This document shows, in pieces, positions 11,210-21,079 of a DNA stretch of 64,000 nucleotides (position 1 is the stretch's first letter; the number at the start of each line of letters is the position of its first letter). The stretch comes from Snowella sp. (GTDB taxonomy: Bacteria > Cyanobacteriota > Cyanobacteriia > Cyanobacteriales > Microcystaceae): NCBI GenBank assembly GCA_035285545.1, contig JAYKGY010000019.1:32001-96000 (forward strand). The letters are read 5' to 3'. The notes beneath the pieces were generated by a model. That model worked only from the letters and a program-made list of their open reading frames with translations, was not told the DNA's origin and did no database searches. Both the position numbers and the translations under genes were made by a program.

Positions 11210-12631
11210 ATGACAAAACGAACCTTTGGTGTTATTGGGTTAGCCGTTATGGGAGAAAACCTAGCCCTGAACGTGGAAAGTCGGGGTTTTCCCATTGCCG
11301 TTTATAACCGCACCCCTGCCAAAACAGAAGAATTTATGGCCACCCGTGCCGTCGGCAAAGATGTCAAAGCGGCCTATAGCCTCGAAGAATTTGTACAAAC
11401 CCTAGAGCGTCCCCGCAAAATTCTCGTCATGGTAAAAGCGGGGTCGCCCGTTGATGCCGTCATTGAGCAATTGAAACCCTTGCTCGAAGAAGGCGACATG
11501 ATCATTGATGGCGGAAACTCCCTCTATGAAGACACCGAACGCCGTACTAAAGACCTCGAATCTACCGGCTTAGGCTTTGTGGGAATGGGAGTCAGTGGTG
11601 GTGAAGAAGGCGCGCTCAAAGGCCCTAGTTTAATGCCAGGCGGAACCCCAGCCGCTTATCACGAACTAGAACCGATTCTGACTAAAATTGCGGCTCAAGT
11701 GGATGATGGCCCCTGCGTTACCTTCATCGGGCCAGGTGGTGCGGGTCACTACGTCAAAATGGTGCATAACGGCATTGAATACGGTGATATGCAATTAATT
11801 GCCGAAGCCTATGATGTCCTTAAAAATGGTTTAGGGCTGAGCAACGAAAAGCTCCACTCGGTCTTTTCGGAATGGAATACAACTGATGAGTTAAATTCTT
11901 TCTTAATTGAAATTACTGCCGATATCTTTAGTTACGTTGACCCCGAAACCCAAAAACATTTAATTGATCTAATTTTGGATTCGGCAGGGCAAAAAGGCAC
12001 GGGACGGTGGACAATTGTAAGTTCCTTAGAATTGGGCGTACCGATCCCGACTATGTATGCCGCCGTCAATGCGCGGGTGATGTCTTCTTATAAAGAAGAA
12101 CGGGTTGCAGCGTCTAAAGCCTTAACGGGGCCAACGGGAACCTATACCGGCGATGTGGAAGCCTTTATCCCCAAAGTTAGGGATGCGCTGTATTGCTCTA
12201 AAATGTGCTCCTATGCTCAAGGAATGGCTCTGATTGCTAAAGCGTCCCAAGAGTTTAACTATAATATTAACTTGCCTGAAGTTTCCCGCATTTGGAAAGG
12301 CGGTTGTATTATTCGGGCTGGTTTCCTTGACAAAATCAAAAAGGCTTTTAATGACAATCCTGCCTTACCGAATCTCTTACTGGCTCCTGAATTTAAACAA
12401 AGTATTTTGGATCGTCAGTCGGCCTGGCGAGAAGTGTTAATCCTAGCCAATGAGTTAGGCATTCCCGTTCCTGCTTTTAGTGCCTCGTTAGATTATTTCG
12501 ATAGTTACCGTCGAGCCAGTCTTCCCCAAAATCTGACCCAAGCCCAACGGGATTATTTTGGGGCGCACACTTACGAACGGGTCGATAAACCGCGTGGAGA
12601 ATTTTTCCATACGGAATGGATGCAACCCTAA
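11210..12631 (+). CDS. gnd: 6-phosphogluconate dehydrogenase (NADP-dependent, decarboxylating)
   Basis: GLAVMG, GMGVSGGEEGA, KMVHNGIEYGDMQ, QAQRDYFGAHTY. Confidence 0.98.
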   Translation: MTKRTFGVIGLAVMGENLALNVESRGFPIAVYNRTPAKTEEFMATRAVGKDVKAAYSLEEFVQTLERPRKILVMVKAGSPVDAVIEQLKPLLEEGDMIIDGGNSLYEDTERRTKDLESTGLGFVGMGVSGGEEGALKGPSLMPGGTPAAYHELEPILTKIAAQVDDGPCVTFIGPGGAGHYVKMVHNGIEYGDMQLIAEAYDVLKNGLGLSNEKLHSVFSEWNTTDELNSFLIEITADIFSYVDPETQKHLIDLILDSAGQKGTGRWTIVSSLELGVPIPTMYAAVNARVMSSYKEERVAASKALTGPTGTYTGDVEAFIPKVRDALYCSKMCSYAQGMALIAKASQEFNYNINLPEVSRIWKGGCIIRAGFLDKIKKAFNDNPALPNLLLAPEFKQSILDRQSAWREVLILANELGIPVPAFSASLDYFDSYRRASLPQNLTQAQRDYFGAHTYERVDKPRGEFFHTEWMQP

Positions 12632-12666
12632 ATTTTTAGCAAATATTTCATTCAAGTCATTTAAAC

Positions 12667-12690
12667 AAGGTGGGTTAACTCACCTTTTTT
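12667..12690 (+). terminator. Intrinsic terminator of gnd
   Basis: AAGGTGGG-TTAA-CTCACCTT followed by a T run. Confidence 0.8.
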
Positions 12691-12797
12691 GTTTGTAACC
12701 CTTGATAGTTATTTGCATTTTCTGAATCTAGCCCAATTAAAAAAACTCGCCAAAGTTTAGGAAAACCTCGACGAGTAATTTATACACTTAAATGAGT

Positions 12798-14654
12798 TTA
12801 GAAGAGGAAGGTTGTCCGTAATACCCCAACCCAGATCGCTGAGTTATTACCGTTGCCTTCGGGGTTAAGAACCACATAGAAACCAGGTGTTAACACAATA
12901 TTTTTGTTAACGGGGAACTTATATTGGGTTTCAATTAAGTAAGATGCATCTCGATCTTCATTAATCGGATCACCTTGATAGTTAGTAACGCTAACCGCTT
13001 GAGGGAGTAGACCACCACTGACGGATAGCACAGCACCCTCTTTTCCTAAATCAAGAACGGAAAGAGCAGCATTCCATGTCCAAAGATCAGCGCCCGCCCC
13101 ATTGCGTGCAAAGCCGGTTCTGTCTCGTCCGGTTGCCCAAGCAAAGGCATAGGCTCCTGTTGCAGACAGGTTAATATTGTCAGTGATTCTCCAGTTTCCA
13201 GAAAGACCGTAGCTATCCCGAACAGTCGGCGCACCAAAGAATGGATCACTGGCGACACGGCTACCCGTACTACTGGTAATGTTAACGGTTTGACGATTTG
13301 TATAATCGAAATCGGAATCACCACGGAAGTAAGAGTGCATGAAGGTGGCACCAATACCTAAATTTTTGGTAATTTTCCAATCTAACTGAGCACCTGTTGA
13401 GAATTCGCCATTAAATAAGCCGCTACCGTAGGTGGGATCTCCAGAGCGATCGCTATTGGCTAAATAGGCAATGGTGCTAGAGATCTCAGGGGTCCAGTTG
13501 AAGCGGAAAGCCGCCCCGGATCCTTCAGGCCCACGGAAGAGTAGGGGGTTGTAACGGGCAAAACGGGATAATGCGCCCGTATCACCACTGGCTAGGTAAG
13601 GATTGTAAAGATTGAAGACATCATCTATTGCTAGACCATACGCACCGACCCAGGCGGTCATGTTAGAGGCAATGGGTGTTCGATACCAAATCTTGCTAAC
13701 AAAGGCATCGTTATTGGGGCGAGAACCATCAAAGGATAAACGAGCATTATTCGTTCCAGTGGGGCCAGATAGGTTAGGAACGCTACCGACTTCAATCCGA
13801 GTTTTCAAAAGGTCTTTCCCGGTGAAGCTGGTATCAAAGTTTAAACGAACCCGATTGCTGAGGGTAATGGTTTCATCAACAGGAACCTTAGGACGAGCAG
13901 GGCCTGGTACTAAAGAAGTCTGAGAGGAGCTTAAACGTTGATTAGTACTAAAAGCATTTTGCTGCCGCCGGTCTAAGGCTTTATCTTCCCCGAACTGACC
14001 TGTTACCGCAAAAATACCAATAGCGTTTAACTTGGTGGTGGTTGAGAATTGATGATCTTCTAAATAGGAAATACGAGATTCTAAATTATCAACCCGTGTT
14101 CCTAAGGCTGCTAATTCTTGTTCAAACTGTTGGGCTAAGGCTCTAAGTTTATCAATATCTTCACGAATGACCGCAACGTTTTCTTGTAATAAACGTTCCA
14201 TCACGTTCATACAAGCATTTAAACCGGCTGCAAATTCCCAACGAGATAAAGCTCGATTTCCACGGAAAGTGCGGTCAGGATACCCAACAATACAGCCGTA
14301 GCGTTCGACTAGACTTCTCAGTGCTTCGTAAGCCCATTCGGTGGGTTGAACATCTCTAAGTTCAGAAACACTGGTTACTTGGGACATTCCACCTGTGTTG
14401 GTGGGGTCATTAAATCGTTTTAATTGTTGACGACGACGGGCTAAATCAAGTCCATCGGCTTGAGTCGCTAATTGGGGCATGGCTACCATAGCATCTGCTA
14501 CTGGCTCGGTAGCATTAGTGCTGGTTGCGACGGGTAAGCTTACGTTATTTTCGGGAGTTGTGTCGGGTGCGGCGATCGCGCCTTGGGCAACCAAACAGGA
14601 GGCTCCCAGTACCGCAGGCATTGCTTTTACAAGCTGCCAGAGTTGTTTTTTCAT
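12798..14654 (-). CDS. Cyanobacterial SLH-domain porin (SomA/OprB-type)
   Basis: Signal peptide, SLH (DVQPTEWAYEALRSLVERYGCIVGYPD), coiled coil, FSTTTKL, C-terminal LRTTFLF. Confidence 0.95.
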   Translation of the reverse strand: MKKQLWQLVKAMPAVLGASCLVAQGAIAAPDTTPENNVSLPVATSTNATEPVADAMVAMPQLATQADGLDLARRRQQLKRFNDPTNTGGMSQVTSVSELRDVQPTEWAYEALRSLVERYGCIVGYPDRTFRGNRALSRWEFAAGLNACMNVMERLLQENVAVIREDIDKLRALAQQFEQELAALGTRVDNLESRISYLEDHQFSTTTKLNAIGIFAVTGQFGEDKALDRRQQNAFSTNQRLSSSQTSLVPGPARPKVPVDETITLSNRVRLNFDTSFTGKDLLKTRIEVGSVPNLSGPTGTNNARLSFDGSRPNNDAFVSKIWYRTPIASNMTAWVGAYGLAIDDVFNLYNPYLASGDTGALSRFARYNPLLFRGPEGSGAAFRFNWTPEISSTIAYLANSDRSGDPTYGSGLFNGEFSTGAQLDWKITKNLGIGATFMHSYFRGDSDFDYTNRQTVNITSSTGSRVASDPFFGAPTVRDSYGLSGNWRITDNINLSATGAYAFAWATGRDRTGFARNGAGADLWTWNAALSVLDLGKEGAVLSVSGGLLPQAVSVTNYQGDPINEDRDASYLIETQYKFPVNKNIVLTPGFYVVLNPEGNGNNSAIWVGVLRTTFLF

Positions 14655-15064
14655 TTTTACTAGTCCTCACACCTAAAAACCATCAAATCAGACTGAACCA
14701 AACCCTAAATTCTAAATTAGAATCTAAAGCGTGATGCTTTACGTCAGACAACACGTCAGACAATCAGGATACTAAGTACAACTTTACTTAAAATAGAGAA
14801 GTAAATAGATCTAGAGACTATTATAGCCGTGGCTGGTAAAATTTCAAGATGACCAATGATACTGTCTGTTGAGCTTTTTTGTTATTTAGGGTTTTTAAAG
14901 ATAATTTTAGGGGCAGAAACCGTTAAGGGATTTCTAGCTACGCCGCTTGCAACACAATTGCCATCCCAATATAATGTCTGATCGTCTATCGATATTAAAT
15001 AAAAGTTTTCATGCGAGATCTTTTGATTAACGCTCAAATTCTTTCAATTTTTTCTAATAAGACT

Positions 15065-16144
15065 TTACGAAATAAAAGTTTCTAGACCATGATAATTTGC
15101 TTGAAAACTCATGAATAAATGAACACTGAGAATAATTTCCCACCATTTCTCAATGCTTGCATAATGGGTGAGACGAAAATCTTCCCAGCCGATTTCACAC
15201 AGGATTTGATAAGCACCGTACTCTAGCCAGTTTTGGATTTCCCCTAACGGAGAAATACGATTAATGAGGTTAGTAATGTCTCCGGTTTGATTGGTTTCCA
15301 AGTACCAGCTTTTGTTTAAAAAAGGGGTGTCAATAGCTTGTTTACTAATTTGATATAAGAAATTTTTTGAATTTGATAGGGAATTAAGAACGCGAATATA
15401 TCTCATTTCGGCAGAATAACGAGATAGCTTCTGTTCATAAAGTTGCCATTTCTCTTTGCGTTTTGCTGATTTCGTGATTGGATCAATTTGTTGCGGCGAT
15501 CGCTTAGCAAGTAAGTAAGTTACATTAAAAGAATCTAAATGATTTTGAAATTGGTTTTCTTCATCCGACAGATCATCCGCTAATATCAGATTGATGCGTA
15601 TGCCTAATTCTTGTAAATGGAACAATAGTTGATGGGCAAGTTGACATTTACGCTGATAGCGATCGCGGTCTTTTAAGCGAGATTGAGGTTTAAAAATTTC
15701 AAATCCCAACGCATAGGTAATCCCTTGGACAACAGCATAGACTTGTAGGGTGATTAGGCCATTCTCTATTTTTTGTAAATTATTGAAATATTGCCGTGTT
15801 GCATAATCCGTACTATGCCCTTTTTTGGGAATGCCCACTTCATTAATAATTAAGGTAACCGCGCGATCGCCGATCCAGAGTTTGGTTAGCCAGAGACGAA
15901 TGTTTCTAAGCAAAGCAACATCCCAAGCCGAATCCCGTAAAAAATGGTGCAGCCCTTGACTATTTTTTAACCCTAAATATTCAGATAAATTCGATAAGGT
16001 CTTCGCTTTCGGACAAGCAATTAATCCCAGGTGTAGTCCTTTAAAATGTTCAAACAGGCGGACATCTTCAAAAACGGGTCGATAAGCTTGGCAATAGTGA
16101 TCAATAAAGGGAACCGTTGATGCCGCCGATCTAGGCTTCGTCAT
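15065..16144 (-). mobile_element. Divergent IS701-family transposase-like ORF
   Basis: FIDHYCQAY..FEDVR..EHFK.LHLG, QGLHHFL..S.WD, KKG.STDY..RQY, GW.DFRLTHY..IEKWWEI. I found no terminal inverted repeats. Confidence 0.85.
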
Positions 16145-16274
16145 GGGATCTCTGCTGGATGATGGGAAGGGAAATTCTTACCCAAAAGAATAAACCCAAA
16201 ATGACAAAAAAGAAAAGGTATCATCGGTAACCATTCCAAAAGAGAATAGCAACCATAACAAAACAGGATAATGA

Positions 16275-16943
16275 TTAATGTCTTTGCCCCGTAACAATAT
16301 AGGAAACCCGTTGGGCAATATTGGTAGCATGATCGGCCATGCGCTCGATATGACGAATCACGAGAGCTAACAGCACAATAGGTTCGACAACGCCTTTGAT
16401 ATCCCGTTGAAAGGCCAGAATTTGATACAAACGTTCATAGGCTTCATCAATCGTATCATCGAGTATTTTGACCTTGGGCCCTGCATCGCGGTCTAGTTCC
16501 GTCAGCGCGACTAAACTGGTCGCTAACATTAACTGGGCATGGCGAGACATCACCGCAATATCGGCCATACAGGTATGGGGCGGATAACTAAATAATTTAA
16601 TGGCAATTTCGGATAAATCTTGAGCATAATCCCCAATTCTTTCTAAATCACGCACCAATTGCATAAAGGCACTCAGTAGTCGTAGATCCTGAGCAACCGG
16701 AGCCTGTAAGGTTAGAAAAGTCGAGCATTCCTGTTCAATTTGGCGATAGTATTGATCAATTTGCTGCTCAAGGGTAGGAATTTTTTGGGCTAGCTCTAAA
16801 TTTCTTTCAAACAAGGCTTGATGGCTCAGCCGAAAGGATTCTTCCACTAAGGCTCCCATCCGCAGAATATCCTGTTCTAAGCGTTTCAGCGATCGCTCGA
16901 AGTAAGTCCGCTCTCGATGATGAATTTGGCTTGATAAACTCAC
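16275..16943 (-). CDS. phoU: Phosphate signalling regulator PhoU (SphU)
   Basis: PVAQDLR, DLERIGDYA, ERMADHATNIA. Confidence 0.96.
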   Translation of the reverse strand: MSLSSQIHHRERTYFERSLKRLEQDILRMGALVEESFRLSHQALFERNLELAQKIPTLEQQIDQYYRQIEQECSTFLTLQAPVAQDLRLLSAFMQLVRDLERIGDYAQDLSEIAIKLFSYPPHTCMADIAVMSRHAQLMLATSLVALTELDRDAGPKVKILDDTIDEAYERLYQILAFQRDIKGVVEPIVLLALVIRHIERMADHATNIAQRVSYIVTGQRH

Positions 16944-17002
16944 GGCTTTTTAAAAAAGTATGTTATTAACAGCAATTCTAAACGAAAAATTTACAAATCA
17001 GC

Positions 17003-17021
17003 AGGTTAAATTCTGATTAAA
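17003..17021 (-). promoter_or_regulatory. Pho box (SphR site) upstream of phoU
   Basis: The minus strand reads TTTAATCA-GAA-TTTAACCT: two matches to PyTTAAPyPy(T/A) with 3-nt spacing, about 60 nt before phoU. Confidence 0.7.
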
Positions 17022-17125
17022 AAGAGAGAAAGAGATTAGCCTTCCTATTCAAGGCGATCATTAAAAATCCCGTTATAAAAATAGACTTAATAAAATGACA
17101 GTAACGCGCTCACAAAACAGTATTT

Positions 17126-18133
17126 ATGAATACCAAAAAAAATCCACAAAATAAATCCCTTCCTGCTCAGTTTGTGATCCGATTCGGAAAATGGGGATGG
17201 ACAACGGTTTGGCATCAAATGATGAAGCAATTAGCCCCTCGTAATCCTCAAGGCGAATACATCCGACCCCCCAGTGAATTTAGAAACTTTATCGGCTCAG
17301 CAGCAGAGAATCCCTATCAACCTGCATCGGGACGTTATCGGCTCTACGTGGGGATGGGATGTCCTTGGGCCCATCGGACGTTAGTAGTTAGAGCATTAAA
17401 AGGATTGGAGTCCGCGATCGCGGTTTCGATGGTGATTCCTTCGGGAGAATCTGGAATTTGGGTCTTTCCTGAAGCGGAAAAAGACTGCCAGACCTTACCA
17501 GAACTCTATCGACTTGCGAAACCCAATTATCGGGGGCGTTCAACGGTTCCGGTGTTGTGGGACGAGCAGAATCAAGCGATCGTCAATAACGAAAGTGCCG
17601 AAATTATCGTCATGTTAAATGCTTGTTTTAATGAATGGGCAGATCGACCCGATTTGGATCTGTATCCCGCCTCATTGAAAGAAAAAATCGATCAATGGAA
17701 CGAGAAGATTTATCACACTGTTAATAATGGGGTTTATCGCTGTGGCTTTGCTCAAACCCAAGCCGCCTATGAACAAGCCTGTCGAGAAGTCTTTGCAGCT
17801 TTTGATGAAATTGATCAGGTTTTAGAGCGCGATCGCTATCTTTGTGGAGAGCAAATTACCTTGGCTGATGTGCGATTATTTACGACCCTTTTTCGTTTTG
17901 ACTCGGTGTATTACAGCTTATTTAAATGCAATCTGCGTCGAGTTCAAGACTATGCTCATTTAGGAAACTATTTGCGGGATTTTTATCAGTTACCTGGGGT
18001 GGCAGAAACCTGCGATCTAGAACAAGTGAAACGGGATTATTATGGCAATTTATTTCCCCTCAATCCTGGGGGCATTATTCCCTTGGGGCCTGATCTATCT
18101 GGTTTTTTAGGCCCCAATCAACCCAACGCTTAA
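17126..18133 (+). CDS. Glutathionyl-hydroquinone reductase / omega-like GST (YqjG family)
   Basis: CPWAHR, TVPVLWD, NNESAEII, VNNGVYRCGFA, NPGGIIPLGP. Confidence 0.93.
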   Translation: MNTKKNPQNKSLPAQFVIRFGKWGWTTVWHQMMKQLAPRNPQGEYIRPPSEFRNFIGSAAENPYQPASGRYRLYVGMGCPWAHRTLVVRALKGLESAIAVSMVIPSGESGIWVFPEAEKDCQTLPELYRLAKPNYRGRSTVPVLWDEQNQAIVNNESAEIIVMLNACFNEWADRPDLDLYPASLKEKIDQWNEKIYHTVNNGVYRCGFAQTQAAYEQACREVFAAFDEIDQVLERDRYLCGEQITLADVRLFTTLFRFDSVYYSLFKCNLRRVQDYAHLGNYLRDFYQLPGVAETCDLEQVKRDYYGNLFPLNPGGIIPLGPDLSGFLGPNQPNA

Positions 18134-18750
18134 GGGCCTTCCATAAAAGCAACAACGGCGAAAACATAAAATAATAAACCCCCAATGACGGTAATTTGTC
18201 GCTCAGAAATCCGTCCTGCAATCATTTTTCCGCCAATGACTGCGATTAAGGCACAGATTGTATGGCCTAAAATGGCTCCTGTGGTTACTGCTAGCATCGA
18301 GTTAGAAGCTGCTAACGCTATGGTTGCAATTTGAGTGCGATCGCCCCATTCGGCAATAAAAGTCAAAATAAAACTTTCCAAAATAATGCCCCATTGCTTG
18401 GGATGTCGTTGGAGATTTTTTTCACTACTTTCAATGGCTTCTTTGGCTTCCTCCATTACCGCTTCTTCGGCATGATCGGACATTTTCCAAGCATCAATTA
18501 ATAATTTGGTGCCAAAAATCAAGAATAATCCAATTTCACCGTAAAAGACATAAATTTTGGGCAAAAAAGAAAAAACTTGCCCCATCAAAACCGATAACAG
18601 CGTCATGGCAGCTAAAGCAGCTACAACGCCGATAAATACCCAGCGTCGGGGATAACGCATCGATAAAATAACGGCAATGAAAAAGGTTTTATCCCCTAAT
18701 TCAGAAACCGTAATTAGTAACAAAGCCGCCGTAAACGCCGTTAAAAACAT
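18130..18750 (-). CDS. mnx: UPF0016 / TMEM165-GDT1 family Mn2+ transporter (Mnx-like)
   Basis: Two family motifs, ELGDKT and EWGDRTQ; hydrophobic helices; Mn riboswitch upstream. Confidence 0.9.
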   Translation of the reverse strand: MFLTAFTAALLLITVSELGDKTFFIAVILSMRYPRRWVFIGVVAALAAMTLLSVLMGQVFSFLPKIYVFYGEIGLFLIFGTKLLIDAWKMSDHAEEAVMEEAKEAIESSEKNLQRHPKQWGIILESFILTFIAEWGDRTQIATIALAASNSMLAVTTGAILGHTICALIAVIGGKMIAGRISERQITVIGGLLFYVFAVVAFMEGP

Positions 18751-18859
18751 TTGCTCAAACTCCTTCAGATGATGATGTAGGGGTTTCTGAGGTGAGCTTG
18801 AGGGATGAACAAAGACACTCCACTTAAGCCCATCTCAAAATTACCTAGATGGAACAAAA

Positions 18860-18968
18860 GTGAAGGTCTCGCTTTCAGATGAAAAACTGATTACCTGAAC
18901 CAGGCAGCTTGCCAGTATGTTGACTCAGGAAACTGGCTTTTAAATTACCAGTAGCTACTCCCCTTCAA
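18860..18968 (-). ncRNA. yybP-ykoY manganese riboswitch
   Basis: The minus strand reads TGAAGGGGAGTAGC...GTCAACATACT...GCGAGACCTTCA. This gives P1 pairing TGAAGG/CCTTCA and the conserved aptamer motifs, in the leader of a Mn transporter. Confidence 0.92.
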
Positions 18969-19140
18969 TACGATATTTAAATTATCATAAATTTCTATTT
19001 TTTACCAGTAAAAACCGCAATTTTTGTATTTTTTTGATTCATTTTTGTTTCATCTTCTTTTCACTTTTTGCGTTTGATTTCCAATGCTTTTAAAAATCAG
19101 CAAACTTAAATTATCGCCGAAAATTCTGATTCTGCTGTTC

Positions 19141-19773
19141 CTAGTTGAAATTATCCTTAAACCATTGCCGAGTCATGGGTTGCTCCACCATCAAACCTTC
19201 GCCGCCTAAGGTTTCTAGGGGTTTGCCTTCTACGCTCAGCCAAATGAGGGTTTGGGGATCGACACTCGACGCTGTATAGATGACTTGTCCTAAACGTCCT
19301 GTCATTGAGGCACTCCCCCCCCCTTCGGTAAAATTCGCAGATAAATCGACATAAACGCCTTGATTATCAACTTTTACACTCAGTAAGCGAGTTTCTGACG
19401 GAATGGCAGTACTGGCTGATGCGGTTGGGGTTTGGGTTAATAATTGTTCTAAGGCGGTTTGGATAATTTGATTTTTGTCAGCGTTTTTGGGGACTAAGAC
19501 AGGGCTACCGATGAGTTCGATCTGCTCGTCTTGAGTGGTTAACCAATAGGTTTTGGCTTGAGATTGAACCAGATTCGTCTGAGGGCTTTGGGTTGTATCC
19601 TGATGGGCAGGAAGGGAGGGGGAGGGAATGGTTTCGACCTTCGGCGATCGCGTCGGGGAAGACGGGGTTAAGCTATGAAATGCCCACCAAGCCGTGCCTG
19701 TCCCGGCAACTAAAATTGCAATGATCGCTCCTACAGCAAAATTGGTTGATCGGCTTTGATTTTTACGTGCCAT
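19141..19773 (-). CDS. GerMN domain protein
   Basis: TM anchor, AIP..TRLL, VDLS..F..GGGS, QVIYT. ATG 19773 is preferred because it avoids overlap with the divergent gene. Confidence 0.88.
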   Translation of the reverse strand: MARKNQSRSTNFAVGAIIAILVAGTGTAWWAFHSLTPSSPTRSPKVETIPSPSLPAHQDTTQSPQTNLVQSQAKTYWLTTQDEQIELIGSPVLVPKNADKNQIIQTALEQLLTQTPTASASTAIPSETRLLSVKVDNQGVYVDLSANFTEGGGSASMTGRLGQVIYTASSVDPQTLIWLSVEGKPLETLGGEGLMVEQPMTRQWFKDNFN

Positions 19774-19848
19774 GATTTCCCTCTCCTCATATCCATCCAT
19801 GTCTAGTGTATCGCTTTCTTTTAAAATAACCGTTAATCCCAACTCATC

Positions 19849-21030
19849 ATGAAGCTCAATAACAAGCAACAGTTAGTGTTAATCGGAGGAGGTCATAGTC
19901 ACGCGATCGCCTTAAAAGAGTGGGGAAAAAAGCCCTTACCTCAGGTTGAGTTAACCCTCATTACTGATGTTTTATTAACGCCTTATTCAGGAATGCTACC
20001 GGGCTATATTGCCGGATTTTATCGCTTTGAAGAAACCCATATTAACTTACAAAAATTAGCTCACTTTGCTCAAGCCCAGTTAATTTTAACGCAAGCAATG
20101 GGTTTAGATTTAGACAAAAAACAGGTCTTTTGTGCTGATCATTCGCCGATTTCTTTTGATATTTTATCCATTGATATTGGAAGTACGCCCAATCGATTAA
20201 CCGTTTCAGGAGCCAGTAGCTATGCCATCCCCGCTAAGCCCGTTCCCCAACTCCTTCAAGCTTGGGAAGACTTATTAACTCGTGTTCGCCAAAGCCCAAC
20301 AAAATCCTTATCAATTGCGATTGTCGGTGGCGGTGCGGGAGGCGTTGAATTAGCGTTAAATATGCAAACTCGATTAAAGACAATCTTACAAAATGTTGTT
20401 ATTAATCATCCTGAAAATCGGATTACCTTTCATTTATTTCACCGAGGAAATCGATTATTAGAAAGTCATAGTCCTTGGGTTAGCCACAAATTAGAAAAGA
20501 TCCTGCAAGAAAGAAGCATTCATCTTCATTTATCTGAAACAGTTCAAGCTATTCACCCTATTTCACAGAATTCCTGCCAATTACGTTGTAAATCCGGTTT
20601 AACGCTTGATACGAATTATATTTTTTGGGTGACGCAAGCGAGTTCTCCCGATTGGATCAAAACATCGGGGTTAAGTACCGATTCTCAAGGGTTTATTTCA
20701 GTCAATAATACTTTGCAATCTCTATCCCATCAGTTTGTTTTTGCAGCAGGCGATATTGCAACTATGCTGAACGCCCCCCATCCCAAAGCCGGCGTTTTTG
20801 CAGTACGGCAGGGCAAACCCTTATTCCGAAATTGGCGTAATTTGCTGTTAAATCAACCCTTAAAGCCCTATTATCCTCAAAAATATTACCTCGGTCTAAT
20901 CGGGACAGGAGATCAATCGGCGATCGCGTCTTGGGGGAATTGGGGCTGGCAATCATCTTGGCTTTGGCATTGGAAAGATCACATTGATCGATCATTTATG
21001 GCTCAATTTACAACCTTGGGGGATTCATAA
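19849..21030 (+). CDS. FAD-dependent pyridine nucleotide-disulfide oxidoreductase (SelD N-terminal-like)
   Basis: LIGGGHSH, YSGMLPG, VGGGAGGVEL, FAAGD, PKAGVFAVRQG, WKDHIDRSFM. Confidence 0.9.
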   Translation: MKLNNKQQLVLIGGGHSHAIALKEWGKKPLPQVELTLITDVLLTPYSGMLPGYIAGFYRFEETHINLQKLAHFAQAQLILTQAMGLDLDKKQVFCADHSPISFDILSIDIGSTPNRLTVSGASSYAIPAKPVPQLLQAWEDLLTRVRQSPTKSLSIAIVGGGAGGVELALNMQTRLKTILQNVVINHPENRITFHLFHRGNRLLESHSPWVSHKLEKILQERSIHLHLSETVQAIHPISQNSCQLRCKSGLTLDTNYIFWVTQASSPDWIKTSGLSTDSQGFISVNNTLQSLSHQFVFAAGDIATMLNAPHPKAGVFAVRQGKPLFRNWRNLLLNQPLKPYYPQKYYLGLIGTGDQSAIASWGNWGWQSSWLWHWKDHIDRSFMAQFTTLGDS

Positions 21031-21079
21031 AATTATCGACAATCGGATGTTTAAAATCCTGTCCTTTAGGAGTGAACCG

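Noticed and set aside
19774..19869. N-terminal extension of the GerMN ORF
   Set aside because: It overlaps the divergent oxidoreductase start; ATG 19773 has an AGGAGAGG RBS.
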